Origin: Anaerolineae bacterium
GTDB taxonomy: Bacteria; Chloroflexota; Anaerolineae; S140-20
DNA: 59,280 nucleotides
Assembly (NCBI GenBank): GCA_027021705.1
Contig: JALUTT010000037.1
Coordinates: forward strand, 1 to 59,280
Reading direction: 5' to 3'
The position numbers were made by a program, and so were the translations under genes. Numbering within the stretch: the first letter of the stretch is position 1; the number at the start of each line of letters is the position of its first letter. Under the pieces are notes generated by a model that saw only the letters and a program-made list of their open reading frames with translations, was not told where the DNA came from and ran no database searches. Of the stretch, positions 9,176 through 19,334 are shown in pieces.

Positions 9176-9308
9176 AGAACCAGAGGGACAGGCTTGCCAA
9201 GGGGCTACTTTTATGCTAAAGTACTGTAGGGGGTCGAATCCACGGATGGGGGCTGACAAGGTCCAAAACGTCCGTTGAGGCTGTACATCCTTGAAGAGCA
9301 GTGGAGCG

Positions 9309-10466
9309 ATGGGGGAGAAGATCCTAATCGTAGACGATGACCTAGAGAGTTTGAAGCTGATCGGCCTGATGCTCCAGCGCCGGGGGTATCAGATCAGCGC
9401 CGCCCAGTCGGGTGCCCAGGCTCTAGTCAAGGCCAGTGAGGAGAAGCCCGACCTGATCATCCTGGACGTGATGATGCCCGATATGGACGGCTACGAAGTT
9501 TGTCGCCGCCTGCGGGCTAACCCTGCCACAGCCGACCTGCCCGTCATTATGTTCACCGCCAAGACGCTGGTGAAGGACAAGGTCGCCGGTTTTCAGGCCG
9601 GTGCCGACGATTACCTGACCAAGCCTATCCATCCCACAGAACTGGCCTCCCGCGTGGAGAAGGTACTGCTGCGCACGGCCCACGCGCGGGCCGAGGCTCG
9701 ACGGGCCTCCTCACGGGCCTGGATCGTCTCCTTCCTGGGGGTCAAAGGAGGGGTGGGAACCACGACCACGGCGGTGAACGTAGCGGTCTCCCTGGCCCAA
9801 CGTCAGGTCCAGGATGAACGCCGGCAGGTCGTGCTGGCCGATATGCCCTGGAGCATGGGCAATGTGGCGCTGCTGCTGGGGCTCACCCCCCATCAGGGCG
9901 GGCTCTCCGGCCTACTCACCCGCCGGGCCGGCGAGCTGACCCGCCTGGCCGTTCAGCGGCAGATGGTCACCCATAGCAGCGGCCTCCAGGTCCTGCCCAG
10001 CCCCATCGAGCCCATTGACCGGGAAGGTCCCCTCCTGGAAAGCACCCTGTACGCCGTCTTCGAGCACCTGGCCACCGAGGCGGATTTTCTGCTCCTGGAC
10101 CTAGGCAACGGCCTGAACGAGGTGCAACGCCACCTGGTCGAGCGCAGCGACCGGCTCTTCATCCTTGTGGAGCCGCAGCGCATCGCGATGGCGATGGCTC
10201 AGGCGCTCCTGACCGACCTAGAATCCCTTCTACCACTGGAACGGGTGCAGGTCATCCTGTTTCAGCGTTACGCTGCTACTGCGTTGAGCCCTGAGACGGT
10301 GGAGAACCTGCTGGGATGCCCCGTTGTCGGCCTGATTCCGGCCGCCCCGGAACTCGCTTTCCAGGCCGCCGAACAGGGCATTCCCGTCGTGATGTTTCAG
10401 CCTGACAGTCCGCTGGCGGTTCAGTTCCGCCAGCTGGCCGACCATATCGCGGCCAACGTCCCCTAG
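9309..10466 (+). CDS. Response regulator receiver + CpaE/MinD-like ATPase
   Basis: ILIVDDD..LDVMMP..TKP receiver; GVKGGVGTTT deviant Walker A. Confidence 0.85.
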   Translation: MGEKILIVDDDLESLKLIGLMLQRRGYQISAAQSGAQALVKASEEKPDLIILDVMMPDMDGYEVCRRLRANPATADLPVIMFTAKTLVKDKVAGFQAGADDYLTKPIHPTELASRVEKVLLRTAHARAEARRASSRAWIVSFLGVKGGVGTTTTAVNVAVSLAQRQVQDERRQVVLADMPWSMGNVALLLGLTPHQGGLSGLLTRRAGELTRLAVQRQMVTHSSGLQVLPSPIEPIDREGPLLESTLYAVFEHLATEADFLLLDLGNGLNEVQRHLVERSDRLFILVEPQRIAMAMAQALLTDLESLLPLERVQVILFQRYAATALSPETVENLLGCPVVGLIPAAPELAFQAAEQGIPVVMFQPDSPLAVQFRQLADHIAANVP

Positions 10467-10539
10467 GCGCAGAGCTTCCCCCTGTGGGAACCGACTTGAG
10501 CAACGAGGATCCACCCAGAGACCACCCTTGGAGACCAGC

Positions 10540-11253
10540 ATGCAGGTCCGTGCCGATCGCCACCACCGTTGGGACGTGACACTGGAGGAGGCAAAGGCAA
10601 TTCAGAACCGCCTCCGGCGCCAAGTCATCGTCACCGGCCCCGACAGCCCCCCCCGAACGATTGCCGGCGTTGACGTCAGCTTCCCCAAGAAGTCGTCTCC
10701 CACACCCATCGCCAGGGCCGCCATCGTCCTCCTGAGCTTCCCCGACCTGGTCCCATTGGCCCAGACGGTGGTGGATGTGCCGGTCACCTTTCCCTACATC
10801 CCCGGATTGCTGGCCTTCCGAGAGGGGCCAGCCATCCTGGCAGCGTTGGAGGAGCTGGACGAGACGCCGGACCTGATGATCTTTGACGGCCATGGGCTGG
10901 CCCACCCTCGCCGGATGGGGATCGCCACCCATATGGGCCTCCTGCTGGACCTCCCCGCCATTGGCTGCGCCAAGAGCCGGCTCTGCGGTTACTACGAGGA
11001 GCCGGGGCCGGAGCGGGGCGATCGGAGCCCCCTGCTAGAGGGTGAAGAGGTGATCGGGATGGTGGTGCGCAGCCGGACAGGCGTGAGCCCTATCTTCGTC
11101 TCCATCGGCCATCGGGTCAGCTTGGAGTCGGCGGTGGAGATCGTGCTGCGCTGCTGCACGAAGTACCGACTGCCGGAGCCCACCCGCCTGGCCCATCAGG
11201 CGGCGGCGGGGGTGCAGGTGGTGCCCTCAGCCCACCAGCCGGGCCTCTTCTGA
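10540..11253 (+). CDS. nfi: Endonuclease V
   Basis: AGVDVS, FPYIPGLLAFRE, DGHGLAHPRRMGIA, GCAKS, LPEPTR. Confidence 0.95.
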   Translation: MQVRADRHHRWDVTLEEAKAIQNRLRRQVIVTGPDSPPRTIAGVDVSFPKKSSPTPIARAAIVLLSFPDLVPLAQTVVDVPVTFPYIPGLLAFREGPAILAALEELDETPDLMIFDGHGLAHPRRMGIATHMGLLLDLPAIGCAKSRLCGYYEEPGPERGDRSPLLEGEEVIGMVVRSRTGVSPIFVSIGHRVSLESAVEIVLRCCTKYRLPEPTRLAHQAAAGVQVVPSAHQPGLF

Positions 11254-11304
11254 CAGCCACCGGTCAGAAGGGTGTGGTGTGGACAAGGGAGTGAACCCCC
11301 TGTG

Positions 11305-12099
11305 ATGCCAGACGCGGGTAGAGACCTGGAAGCGAAGATCGAGCGGGCGGCCGAGCTACTACGTCAAGCCCGCCGTGTGGTAGCCCTGACCGGAGCCGGG
11401 ATCAGCACCCCCTCGGGCATCCCCGACTTCCGCAGCCCGAAGTCGGGCCTGTGGGAGCAGGTGGACCCGATGGAAGTGGCGACCATCTACGCCTTTCGGC
11501 GCCACCCGGAGCGCTTCTTCCGCTGGGTACAGCCGCTGGTCCGCCTCATCCTCGAGGCCCGTCCCAACCCGGCCCACCGGGCTCTGGCCTGGCTGGAAGA
11601 GGTGGGCCTGCTGAAGGCGGTAATCACGCAGAACATTGACGGGCTACACCAGCGGGCCGGTTCCCAGACCGTCTACGAAATCCACGGTCACATCCGAGAA
11701 GCCACCTGCCTCCAGTGCTACGTCCCGACGCCCACCGACAGCCTCCTGGAGCAGGTCCTTCTGGAGGGGAAAGTTCCCCGCTGCCCCATCTGCGGCGGTG
11801 TGCTCAAGCCCAACGTGATCCTCTTCGGCGAGCAACTGCCGGTGCGGGAGATGATCGCCGCCCAACAGGCCGTCCGCGCCAGCGATCTGATGCTGGTGGC
11901 CGGCTCCTCCTTGGAGGTCGCGCCGGCCGGTGACTTGCCTCTCCTGGCCCTGGAGCACGGTGCCCGCCTGATCCTGATCAACCTGGGCACCACCTACCTG
12001 GACCAGATCGCCCACGTAGTGATCCACGCCGACGTGGCCTACGTGCTTCCCCGCCTCGTCGCCCTCCTGGGGTTGGAACGGCAGCAAGAGTCCAGATAA
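11305..12099 (+). CDS. cobB: NAD-dependent deacylase (sirtuin)
   Basis: [27 protein letters not shown], CxxC..CxxC, GSSL. Confidence 0.92.
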   Translation: MPDAGRDLEAKIERAAELLRQARRVVALTGAGISTPSGIPDFRSPKSGLWEQVDPMEVATIYAFRRHPERFFRWVQPLVRLILEARPNPAHRALAWLEEVGLLKAVITQNIDGLHQRAGSQTVYEIHGHIREATCLQCYVPTPTDSLLEQVLLEGKVPRCPICGGVLKPNVILFGEQLPVREMIAAQQAVRASDLMLVAGSSLEVAPAGDLPLLALEHGARLILINLGTTYLDQIAHVVIHADVAYVLPRLVALLGLERQQESR

Positions 12100-12100
12100 G

Positions 12101-13333
12101 ATGGGAGAGAACGTGCTGGACGAGCAAACTGCTTCCCGAATCGCCTCCTATGAGCGCCTCCTGGAGATCAGCCGCAGCCTCAGCGCCACACTGGATCTGA
12201 CGCTGTTGCTGGACCAGATCGTCGAGGCGGCCCGTCAGTTGACCCGCAGCCAAGCCAGCTCCATCTTGCTGGTGGACAAGCGGAGCGGGGACCTCTACTT
12301 CGAGGCGGCTGTCGGGCCGGGCAGCGAGGCGATCCAGCGGGTGGCCGTCCCCCTCAACGGCAGCGTCGCCGGCTGGGTCGTCCGCCACGGTGAGCCCTTG
12401 GTGATTCACGACGCCCAGCAGGACCCCCGCTTCTTCGCCCAGGCGGACAAGGTCAGTTCGGTCACCACCCGTCAGCTCCTGGCCGTCCCCCTAAAGTTCA
12501 AGGATCAGGTCATTGGCGTGTTGGAGGCGGTGAACAAAGAGGGGGAGGAAGAGACCTTCACCGACGAAGACGTTAGCATCCTGACCACCCTGGCAGCCCA
12601 GGCGGCTGTGGCCATCGAGAACGCCCGGCTCTTCCAACAGTCGGACCTCATCTCGGAGATGGTCCACGAGATGCGCACCCCCCTAACGGCCATCGTCGCC
12701 TACGCCGACCTGCTCCTCAGCGACCGCATCACCGAGGCCCAGAAGGCCCAGTTCGTCGAGACGATCCGCCAGGAAGCCCAGCGGCTGACGCGGATGACCA
12801 ACGAGTTCCTGGACCTGGCCCGGCTGGCTTCGGGGCGAGCCCACCTGGCGCGATCACCGGTCAGCCTCCCCAGCCTCATCCAGACCGCCGTCAACGTGGT
12901 CCGCCCCCAGGCCGAGGAGAAGCAAGTGCGGATCTCCCTCCACCTGCCCGAGGAGCTGCCCACCCTCATCGGCGACCCTCAGCGGCTCCATCAGGTCATG
13001 CTCAACCTGCTGAGCAACGCCATCAAGTACAACAAGCCTGAGGGGAGCGTGACGGTGACAGTGACGCTGGAAGAGAAACAGGTGCGCATCTCCGTCAGCG
13101 ACACGGGACGGGGGATTCCCGAGGAGCACCTGCCCCGCCTCTTCGAGCGCTTCTTCCGGGTCGCCGATGCGGAGGGGTATGCTCAGGGAACGGGCCTGGG
13201 GCTCTCCATCACCAAGGAGATCATCGAGGCCCACGGTGGCAAGATCAGCGTGGAGAGCCAGGTCGGGGTCGGGAGCACCTTCTCCTTCACCCTGCCCCTG
13301 CCCGAGCCCCCCCCTGACCCCCCACAGCCTTGA
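12101..13333 (+). CDS. GAF-domain sensor histidine kinase
   Basis: GAF domain, [22 protein letters not shown]. Confidence 0.9.
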   Translation: MGENVLDEQTASRIASYERLLEISRSLSATLDLTLLLDQIVEAARQLTRSQASSILLVDKRSGDLYFEAAVGPGSEAIQRVAVPLNGSVAGWVVRHGEPLVIHDAQQDPRFFAQADKVSSVTTRQLLAVPLKFKDQVIGVLEAVNKEGEEETFTDEDVSILTTLAAQAAVAIENARLFQQSDLISEMVHEMRTPLTAIVAYADLLLSDRITEAQKAQFVETIRQEAQRLTRMTNEFLDLARLASGRAHLARSPVSLPSLIQTAVNVVRPQAEEKQVRISLHLPEELPTLIGDPQRLHQVMLNLLSNAIKYNKPEGSVTVTVTLEEKQVRISVSDTGRGIPEEHLPRLFERFFRVADAEGYAQGTGLGLSITKEIIEAHGGKISVESQVGVGSTFSFTLPLPEPPPDPPQP

Positions 13334-14501
13334 GAACCAGCGTGGCGTAGCCTCCCGGCGGCAGGGTGAAGCGGACGGTCAGCTTCTGCCGGCCGGGGAA
13401 GCGTTCGTCCTCCTCAGCCCTCTCCACCCGCAATCCCTGGGGGAAGAGAAGCAAAGTCCGACGGCCCCGGGGCAGGTAAGCCCGGCGGAGCAGGCGGGCT
13501 TTCAGGTCCTCCCGGTCCAACCCTTCGGTCTCCAGCACCGCCCGAAAGGCCGCTTCCAGCGCCGGATCGTCGTAGACGGCCCGCCGGTGGGGCAGGGGCA
13601 CCCGCAGGTCGGCCCACGCCCTCACCCGTTCCTCCGCCAGCGCCTCGTAGAGGGGCAGTGACTCCCCCGCGATAGACAGCCGCCACCATCCCTCCTCGGG
13701 TTTCCCCTGTCCTTCCAGATAACGGCCCACCAGCCGGTTCCAGAGGGCACTCTGGTAGGCCGTCAGGTAGAGGGTCAGCAGTCGGTCCGGGATTAGGTTC
13801 AGGGCGCGTCGGAAGTCGGTGGGGTGGTCCTGGAGGAAGGTGAGGAGGCTGCGGAAGTTGGAAGGGCGGGGGGCCAGGGCGAAGAGGGTCGCCCAGTCGG
13901 GCCAATGGGCAGCAGCCTGGGCCTTGAAGGCCCGCACGGCGGGGGGATCTCCCACGAAGGGAACGGTCAGGTAGAGGCGGAGAGCGGCCTGAGCGTCGCG
14001 TTGCAGGATCGCCTTACCGATGAAGGGAGGCAGGCCCTGGGCCGGCGCGGTCGGCGCGAGGGAGCCGAAGCGCTGCTCGTCGAAGTAGTTGGGCAGGCCG
14101 ATCCGGCTCCGCCGGCGCAGGGCGCGGGGCAGGCGGACTACCTCGTCGGAGGTCAGGTCCCGCAAGACCAGGGTGAAGCGGTTGCCCTCCAGATCGGTGG
14201 GGCGGAGGGGGCGGCGGGCCCACCCCACCCGCCGGGCGACGAAGCCTTCCCCCCGCAACTCCGGTGGCCCCTCCCCCCGTAGGCTGGCGAACTGGATGGC
14301 GATGGCGTTTCGGTCCTTCAGCGCCGGGAAGGTCAGCGCCGAGGGAGGGACCGCCAGGGCGGCGGCCATTGCCGCCCGTACCTGCAGCGTCGTCCGGCCC
14401 CACTTCCGCACCCGGTAGAGGGTGTAGCGCCCCTCGGCGGAGCGAGGCAGGCGTATCCGCTCCTCGACCAGAAAGTCCCCCGGCCGGACCTTGAAGCGCA
14501 T
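13287..14501 (-). CDS. truD: tRNA pseudouridine(13) synthase TruD
   Basis: [44 protein letters not shown]. Confidence 0.9.
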   Translation of the reverse strand: MRFKVRPGDFLVEERIRLPRSAEGRYTLYRVRKWGRTTLQVRAAMAAALAVPPSALTFPALKDRNAIAIQFASLRGEGPPELRGEGFVARRVGWARRPLRPTDLEGNRFTLVLRDLTSDEVVRLPRALRRRSRIGLPNYFDEQRFGSLAPTAPAQGLPPFIGKAILQRDAQAALRLYLTVPFVGDPPAVRAFKAQAAAHWPDWATLFALAPRPSNFRSLLTFLQDHPTDFRRALNLIPDRLLTLYLTAYQSALWNRLVGRYLEGQGKPEEGWWRLSIAGESLPLYEALAEERVRAWADLRVPLPHRRAVYDDPALEAAFRAVLETEGLDREDLKARLLRRAYLPRGRRTLLLFPQGLRVERAEEDERFPGRQKLTVRFTLPPGGYATLVLKAVGGQGGARAGAG

Positions 14502-14529
14502 CGCTCCCGCCCTCCCTGACCCTTCTGCT

Positions 14530-14780
14530 GATCAACGACCGCCGATCAAGCGGCCTGGCGGCCTGGCGACTCGGCGACTCGGCGACGGACCGAGGGCCGG
14601 ATACGACCGCCGACGGCCGATCAAGCGGCGTAGCGGCTGGCGGCATAGCGGCATAGCGGCCTAGCAGTGGACTGAGGACTGTGGACTGAGGACAGCGGAC
14701 CAAGCGACTACGTGACCACCTGACCACTTGACCAAGCGACCACCCGACCAAACAGCGGACTGAGGACCGAGGACCGCACT
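14530..14780 (+). repeat. Composite short-tandem-repeat block
   Basis: Ordered modules GACCGCC, GCGGCATA/GCGGCCTA, GGACTGA/GGACTGT, GACCAAGC/GACCACCC. Confidence 0.85.
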
Positions 14781-14781
14781 T

Positions 14782-15741
14782 CTACCCCGATGAGGCCCCC
14801 AACAGCCGTTGGAGCCCTTTCTGAAAAGCCTCCAGGCTCTCCGCCTGCGCCGCCTCCACCAGCAGGTCCTGGAGCAGAACAGCGTCCTCGATCTCGGCCA
14901 GCCGCTCGGCGATGGGCTCCAACGCCGGCCCCGTCGGGTCAAACCGCACCCGCAGCAGGTGCAGGATGGCTTCCCGCTGCCCTTCTAGGATCCCTTGTCG
15001 GAGGCCCTGCTGAAGCCCCTGCTGGAGCCCCTGCTGAAGGCCCTGCTGAAGCCCTTCTTGGAGCCCCAGCCGCCGCCCTTCTTGCAGCCCCTCTTCCAGA
15101 ATCTGCTTGTACCAAGGGGATTCCTTCAAAACCGCCATATCCCACCTCACAATCTGCCGTACTTGCTCCGGCTCCATCACGAAGCTGGCAAACAAGGCCA
15201 GCGCCGCCTCGACCTCCTCCCCCACCCCACGCTCCCGCAACCCCTCCACCCCCCGCCGGATCACCCCCTCGTCCGCCCCTCGCATCAGCGGCACAAAGGG
15301 CACCAGCCCCACCACCCCCGCCGCCACCACCCGCTCCGCCTCCAACTCCCACACCCGCACCACCTGGAAGTCCCGATGGGCCGTCAAGCCCATAAACTCC
15401 TGATGGTACCGGTCCGGCAATGCTACCCCCTCCCCCGGCGGCAGCAGGTAGAGCACCAGCGGGTAGGCCGGCAGATCGTACCGATCCTCCGCCAACGCCG
15501 CGTAGGCTTGCATCCGCCGGGGCATCCGCTTGTCCGCCCGCAACTGGACCTCGACCACCAGGACGAAGGAGCCTTCCCGCCCTTGGGCTCGTAGCACCTC
15601 ATCGCTGTGGCGCGTCAGGAACTGGAACTCTCCCGACAGCCGCTCCTCGACCCGGATGGTCTCGTCCCCCAGCAGCCAGCGGGCCCACTCCGTCGGCTCG
15701 CCGGCCAGCACGTACTTGCCCCCAATGTCCGCCCGGCCCAC
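14782..15741 (-). CDS. Rpn family (PD-(D/E)XK recombination-promoting nuclease-like) protein, copy 1
   Basis: SDEV..VVEVQ nuclease core, RRMQAY, ESPWY, EG/QQGL heptad tail, DUF4351-like C-terminus. Confidence 0.85.
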   Translation of the reverse strand: MGRADIGGKYVLAGEPTEWARWLLGDETIRVEERLSGEFQFLTRHSDEVLRAQGREGSFVLVVEVQLRADKRMPRRMQAYAALAEDRYDLPAYPLVLYLLPPGEGVALPDRYHQEFMGLTAHRDFQVVRVWELEAERVVAAGVVGLVPFVPLMRGADEGVIRRGVEGLRERGVGEEVEAALALFASFVMEPEQVRQIVRWDMAVLKESPWYKQILEEGLQEGRRLGLQEGLQQGLQQGLQQGLQQGLRQGILEGQREAILHLLRVRFDPTGPALEPIAERLAEIEDAVLLQDLLVEAAQAESLEAFQKGLQRLLGASSG

Positions 15742-15792
15742 AATCTTCCTCCTCTCATCGGTGTGTCGCTCCCGGAATCGGCAGTGCAGAAG

Positions 15793-15821
15793 ATTGTAGC
15801 ATCATCCCGCCTCCCGCGCAA
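15793..15821 (-). promoter_or_regulatory. Sigma70 promoter of Rpn copy 1
   Basis: TTGCGC-17 bp-TACAAT with TG; abuts the repeat block. Confidence 0.65.
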
Positions 15822-16004
15822 GGGGCAGGGGCCAAGCGGCCAAGCGGCTGGCGGCATAGCGGCATAGCGGCCTAGCAGTGGACTGAGGACTGTGGACTGA
15901 GGACAGCGGACCAAGCGACTACGTGACCACCTGACCACTTGACCAAGCGACCACCCGACCAAACAGCGGACCGAGGACCGTGGACTGCGGACTGCGGACT
16001 GCAC
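15822..16004 (+). repeat. Composite short-tandem-repeat block
   Basis: Largely identical to 14632-14780. Confidence 0.85.
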
Positions 16005-16006
16005 TC

Positions 16007-17002
16007 CTACCCCGATGAGGCCCCCAACAGCCGTTGGAGCCCTTTCTGAAAAGCCTCCAGGCTCTCCGCCTGCGCCGCCTCCACCAGCAGGTCCTGGAGC
16101 AGGACAGCGTCCTCGATCTCGGCCAGCCGCTCGGCGATGGGCTCCAACGCCGGTCCCGTCGGGTCAAACCGCACCCGCAGCAGGTGCAGGATGTCCTCCC
16201 GCCGGCCCTCCAGCAGCCCCTGCTGAAGGCCCTGCTGGAGCCCCTGCTGAAGCCCCTGCTGGAGGCCCTGCTGAAGCCCCTGCTGGAGCCCCTGCTGAAG
16301 GCCCTGCTGAAGCCCTTCTTGGAGCCCCAGCCGCCGCCCTTCTTGCAGCCCCTCTTCCAGAATCTGCTTGTACCAAGGAGATTCCTTCAGAACCGCCATA
16401 TCCCACCTCACAATCTGCCGCACTTGCTCCGGCTCCATCACGAAGCTGGCAAACAAGGCCAGCGCCGCCTCGACCTCCTCCCCCACCCCCCGCTCCCGCA
16501 ACACCTCCACCCCCCGCCGGATCACCCCCTCGTCCGCCCCCCGCATCAGCGGCACGAAGGGCACCAGCCCCACCACCCCCGCCGCCACCACCCGCTCCGC
16601 CTCCAACTCCCACACCCGCACCACCTGGAAGTCTCGATGGGCCGTCAAGCCCATAAACTCCTGATGGTACCGGTCTGGCAATGCTACCCCCTCCCCCGGC
16701 GGCAGCAGGTAGAGCACCAGCGGGTAGGCCGGCAGATCGTACCGATCCTCGGCCAGCGCCGCGTAGGCTTGCATCCGCCGGGGCATCCGCTTGTCCGCCC
16801 GCAGTTGGACCTCGACCACCAGGACGAAGGGGCCTTCCCGCCCTTGGGCTCGCAGCACCTCATCGCTGTGGCGCGTCAGGAACTGGAACTCTCCCGACAG
16901 CCGCTCCTCGACCCGGATGGTCTCGTCCCCCAGCAGCCAGCGGGCCCACTCCGTCGGCTCGCCGGCCAGCACGTACTTGCCCCCAATGTCCGCCCGGCCC
17001 AC
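16007..17002 (-). CDS. Rpn family protein, copy 2
   Basis: Near-identical to copy 1; 12 aa longer in the QQGL tract. Confidence 0.85.
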   Translation of the reverse strand: MGRADIGGKYVLAGEPTEWARWLLGDETIRVEERLSGEFQFLTRHSDEVLRAQGREGPFVLVVEVQLRADKRMPRRMQAYAALAEDRYDLPAYPLVLYLLPPGEGVALPDRYHQEFMGLTAHRDFQVVRVWELEAERVVAAGVVGLVPFVPLMRGADEGVIRRGVEVLRERGVGEEVEAALALFASFVMEPEQVRQIVRWDMAVLKESPWYKQILEEGLQEGRRLGLQEGLQQGLQQGLQQGLQQGLQQGLQQGLQQGLQQGLLEGRREDILHLLRVRFDPTGPALEPIAERLAEIEDAVLLQDLLVEAAQAESLEAFQKGLQRLLGASSG

Positions 17003-17053
17003 GGCATTCCTCCTCTCATCGGTGTGTCGCTCCCGGAATCGGCAGTGCAGAAG

Positions 17054-17082
17054 ATTGTAGCATCATCCCGCCTCCCGCGCAA
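17054..17082 (-). promoter_or_regulatory. Sigma70 promoter of Rpn copy 2
   Basis: Identical to 15793-15821. Confidence 0.65.
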
Positions 17083-17357
17083 GGAGCAAGGAGCAAGCGG
17101 CAAGGGGCAAGCGGCAGGGGGCAAGCGGCAAGGGCCAAGCGACCAAGCGAGACCGCCGACGGCTGACCGCCGACCGCCGATCAAGCGGCCTAGCGGCCTG
17201 GCGACCTAGCGGCCTAGCAGCGGACCGAGGGCCGGATACGACCGCCGACCACGGACTGAGGACTGTGGACTGCGGACTGCGGACCAAGCGACCACGTGAC
17301 CACCCGACCACTTGACCAAGCGACCACCCGACCACCCGACCAAACTGCGGACTGCGG
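17083..17357 (+). repeat. Composite short-tandem-repeat block
   Basis: GGGCAAG, GACCGCC, GCGGCCTA, GGACTG, GACCACCC modules. Confidence 0.85.
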
Positions 17358-17371
17358 CCGGCGCTGCGGGA

Positions 17372-17400
17372 ATTGTAACATCATCCCCACCCCGACGCAA
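17372..17400 (-). promoter_or_regulatory. Sigma70 promoter facing the repeat/Rpn/truD region
   Basis: TTGCGT-17 bp-TACAAT with TG. Confidence 0.55.
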
Positions 17401-17553
17401 GCGTCTTTCCGGGCGAACTCCCCTAGGGTGTTGTTCGCATAGGCGGTCACCCCACGGGAAAAATGGGGGAATTACTGGATGGACAGCCGCTGCCAAAGGT
17501 GATAAGCTAGAAGTGGGGATGGTTGGTGATCAGGGGGAGAAAGGAGGTGTACG

Positions 17554-17697
17554 ATGGTGTGGAAGGTGGTTGTCTCGGTCGTGATCGGCCTCGTCCTGCG
17601 GCTGGGCCTCCCGCTGGCGATCGTCCTGGCCGTGGGATGCTGGCTCCGTTGTCTGGACAGGCGATGGCAGGCGGAGGTGAAGGCGTCCTCCGTTTAA
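17554..17697 (+). CDS. Small single-TM protein (47 aa), absent from the ORF track
   Basis: AAGGAGGTG RBS; MVWKVVVSVVIGLVLRLGLPLAIVLAVGCWLRCLDRRWQAEVKASSV; upstream TGGACA-17-TAAGCT; downstream hairpin. Confidence 0.7.
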   Translation: MVWKVVVSVVIGLVLRLGLPLAIVLAVGCWLRCLDRRWQAEVKASSV

Positions 17698-17705
17698 GGC
17701 AGAAG

Positions 17706-17743
17706 CCAGGTGCCGGGCATTCTCCGCGAGGCCCGGCACCTGG
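17706..17743. terminator. Hairpin between convergent genes
   Basis: 13-bp perfect stem CCAGGTGCCGGGC / GCCCGGCACCTGG. Confidence 0.6.
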
Positions 17744-17789
17744 ACGTTTAGGGAGGCCACAGGCGGTTGGGGAGAAGGAAGGCACAGAC

Positions 17790-19334
17790 CTACGGAACGG
17801 CCGGGCGTCGTCGCCACAACCAGAGGCCGGCCAGGGCGAAGATGACGACGACGACTGCCGCCACCAGCAGAGGGTGCCACCCCAGGCGAACCCCCTTAGG
17901 CGGAGGGACGGTCACCTCGCCCTGGAGCACCGCCGGCGCCGGCAGGGGGGTTGGCGGAGGCATCACCACCTGGATGCGCAGCGGCCCCCGGTTCGCCGGG
18001 TTCGAGGAGCCGAAGGCGGTCAACTTCGCCACCTCCTCCTCGGTGTAGCCCAGCGCTGCGAAGTCCACCCGGTGGTGGGGGCCGTGACAGGCCGTGCAGG
18101 GAAGGGCGTCTTCCCCGCCCACGATGCCGTGGCTGATCTGGAGGTAGATAGTCACCTCCTTCGGCTCCCAGGAGCCGCTGTAGGCCACCCCCGCCTCCCG
18201 CGCCCCCACCCTGATGGCCTTCTCCAAATCGCCTTGGGTGAAGAAGATGCCCAGCTTCAGGGGGAGAGGCTGGCCGCTCATCGCGTCCACCGGGATCACG
18301 GCGGTGTAGGGCTTGAAGGGCTGGATGCGGGCCGATTCGTCGTCCCGGCTGCCCGGCCAGGGCTGCCCCGGCTTGGTCGGCTGCCCGTTGTACCAGCGGT
18401 AGACGGGCGGGATCGCGTTGGGCTCTTCCACCTTGCTCACCGGCCAGTAGAGGTCGTTGACCGGATCGTGGCGGGACGGGGCCGTCCAATCCCGGTAGAC
18501 CAGCCCGCCGGTGCCCACGATGTGGCAGGTGCGGCAGTCCAGCCGGGTGTGGTCGTTGAGCAGCACGTTGGTGTGGGGTGCGTCCCCGTGGCACCCCTCG
18601 CACCGCAGGCGCTCCTCCGGGCGGTCCCGGCTCCACAGGGTGGGGCCGTAGCCTAGGATCCGGTGCTTCTCGGCCCGGTGGCAATCCACACAGACCATGC
18701 CGGCATCGGCGTGCACGTCCCCCTTGCTGCTCTCGCCGTGCTTGTCGGCGATGGGCGCGAAGTCCACCCCCCGCTTCAGGAGCGCTCCCCCGCCCACGTT
18801 GAAGTGGCAGCGCAGGCAGGTCTCTGCCGTCGGACGCTGGGCATTCCGGGCCGCCCCCAGGCTCCGGTCCTGGGGCAGCACCCACCGCCCCGCCTCGTCC
18901 TTCTGGGGGAAGCGGACCCCCAGGTCATAGACGGGGGAGTGGCAGATGAGGCAGTCCACCATCGCCCGCTCCTCCGGCGGCACGGCATCGGGGTCCTTGG
19001 GCAGCGGTCCCCCCCCAGGGTGGCAGCGCCCACAGCCCCCGGGGATGCCCAGCTCGGGGTTCAGGAGGCCCAGCCAGTTGATCCGGGCGATGGAGGCCGG
19101 GATGGGGCTGTAGTGGTCCAGCTTCTCCTCCCAGGTGTAGTGGACGCTGTGGAGGACCTCCTCCGTCGCCCCGGGATGGCAGACCTCACAGGTCTCCGGC
19201 CCCGTGTACTCCTCGATGTACCGGTGGGGCTCCGGCGGGTCGGCATAGGCCACGTTGACCAGGAGCAGCACCAGCACCAGGCCGAGGAGCCCCCCCAACA
19301 CTCCTTGCAACCACCGTCCCTTCGTTCCGCTCAT
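17790..19334 (-). CDS. Octaheme cytochrome c, tetrathionate-reductase (OTR)-like, membrane-anchored
   Basis: 8 CxxCH; DCLICH, CLRCH..GGG..KRG, DVH, ISHG..ALPCTACH pattern; signal peptide and C-terminal TM. Confidence 0.75.
   Translation of the reverse strand: MSGTKGRWLQGVLGGLLGLVLVLLLVNVAYADPPEPHRYIEEYTGPETCEVCHPGATEEVLHSVHYTWEEKLDHYSPIPASIARINWLGLLNPELGIPGGCGRCHPGGGPLPKDPDAVPPEERAMVDCLICHSPVYDLGVRFPQKDEAGRWVLPQDRSLGAARNAQRPTAETCLRCHFNVGGGALLKRGVDFAPIADKHGESSKGDVHADAGMVCVDCHRAEKHRILGYGPTLWSRDRPEERLRCEGCHGDAPHTNVLLNDHTRLDCRTCHIVGTGGLVYRDWTAPSRHDPVNDLYWPVSKVEEPNAIPPVYRWYNGQPTKPGQPWPGSRDDESARIQPFKPYTAVIPVDAMSGQPLPLKLGIFFTQGDLEKAIRVGAREAGVAYSGSWEPKEVTIYLQISHGIVGGEDALPCTACHGPHHRVDFAALGYTEEEVAKLTAFGSSNPANRGPLRIQVVMPPPTPLPAPAVLQGEVTVPPPKGVRLGWHPLLVAAVVVVIFALAGLWLWRRRPAVP

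Noticed and set aside
14782..17002. Possible diversity-generating retroelement (duplicated gene as TR/VR)
   Set aside because: No reverse transcriptase; differences are not adenine-specific
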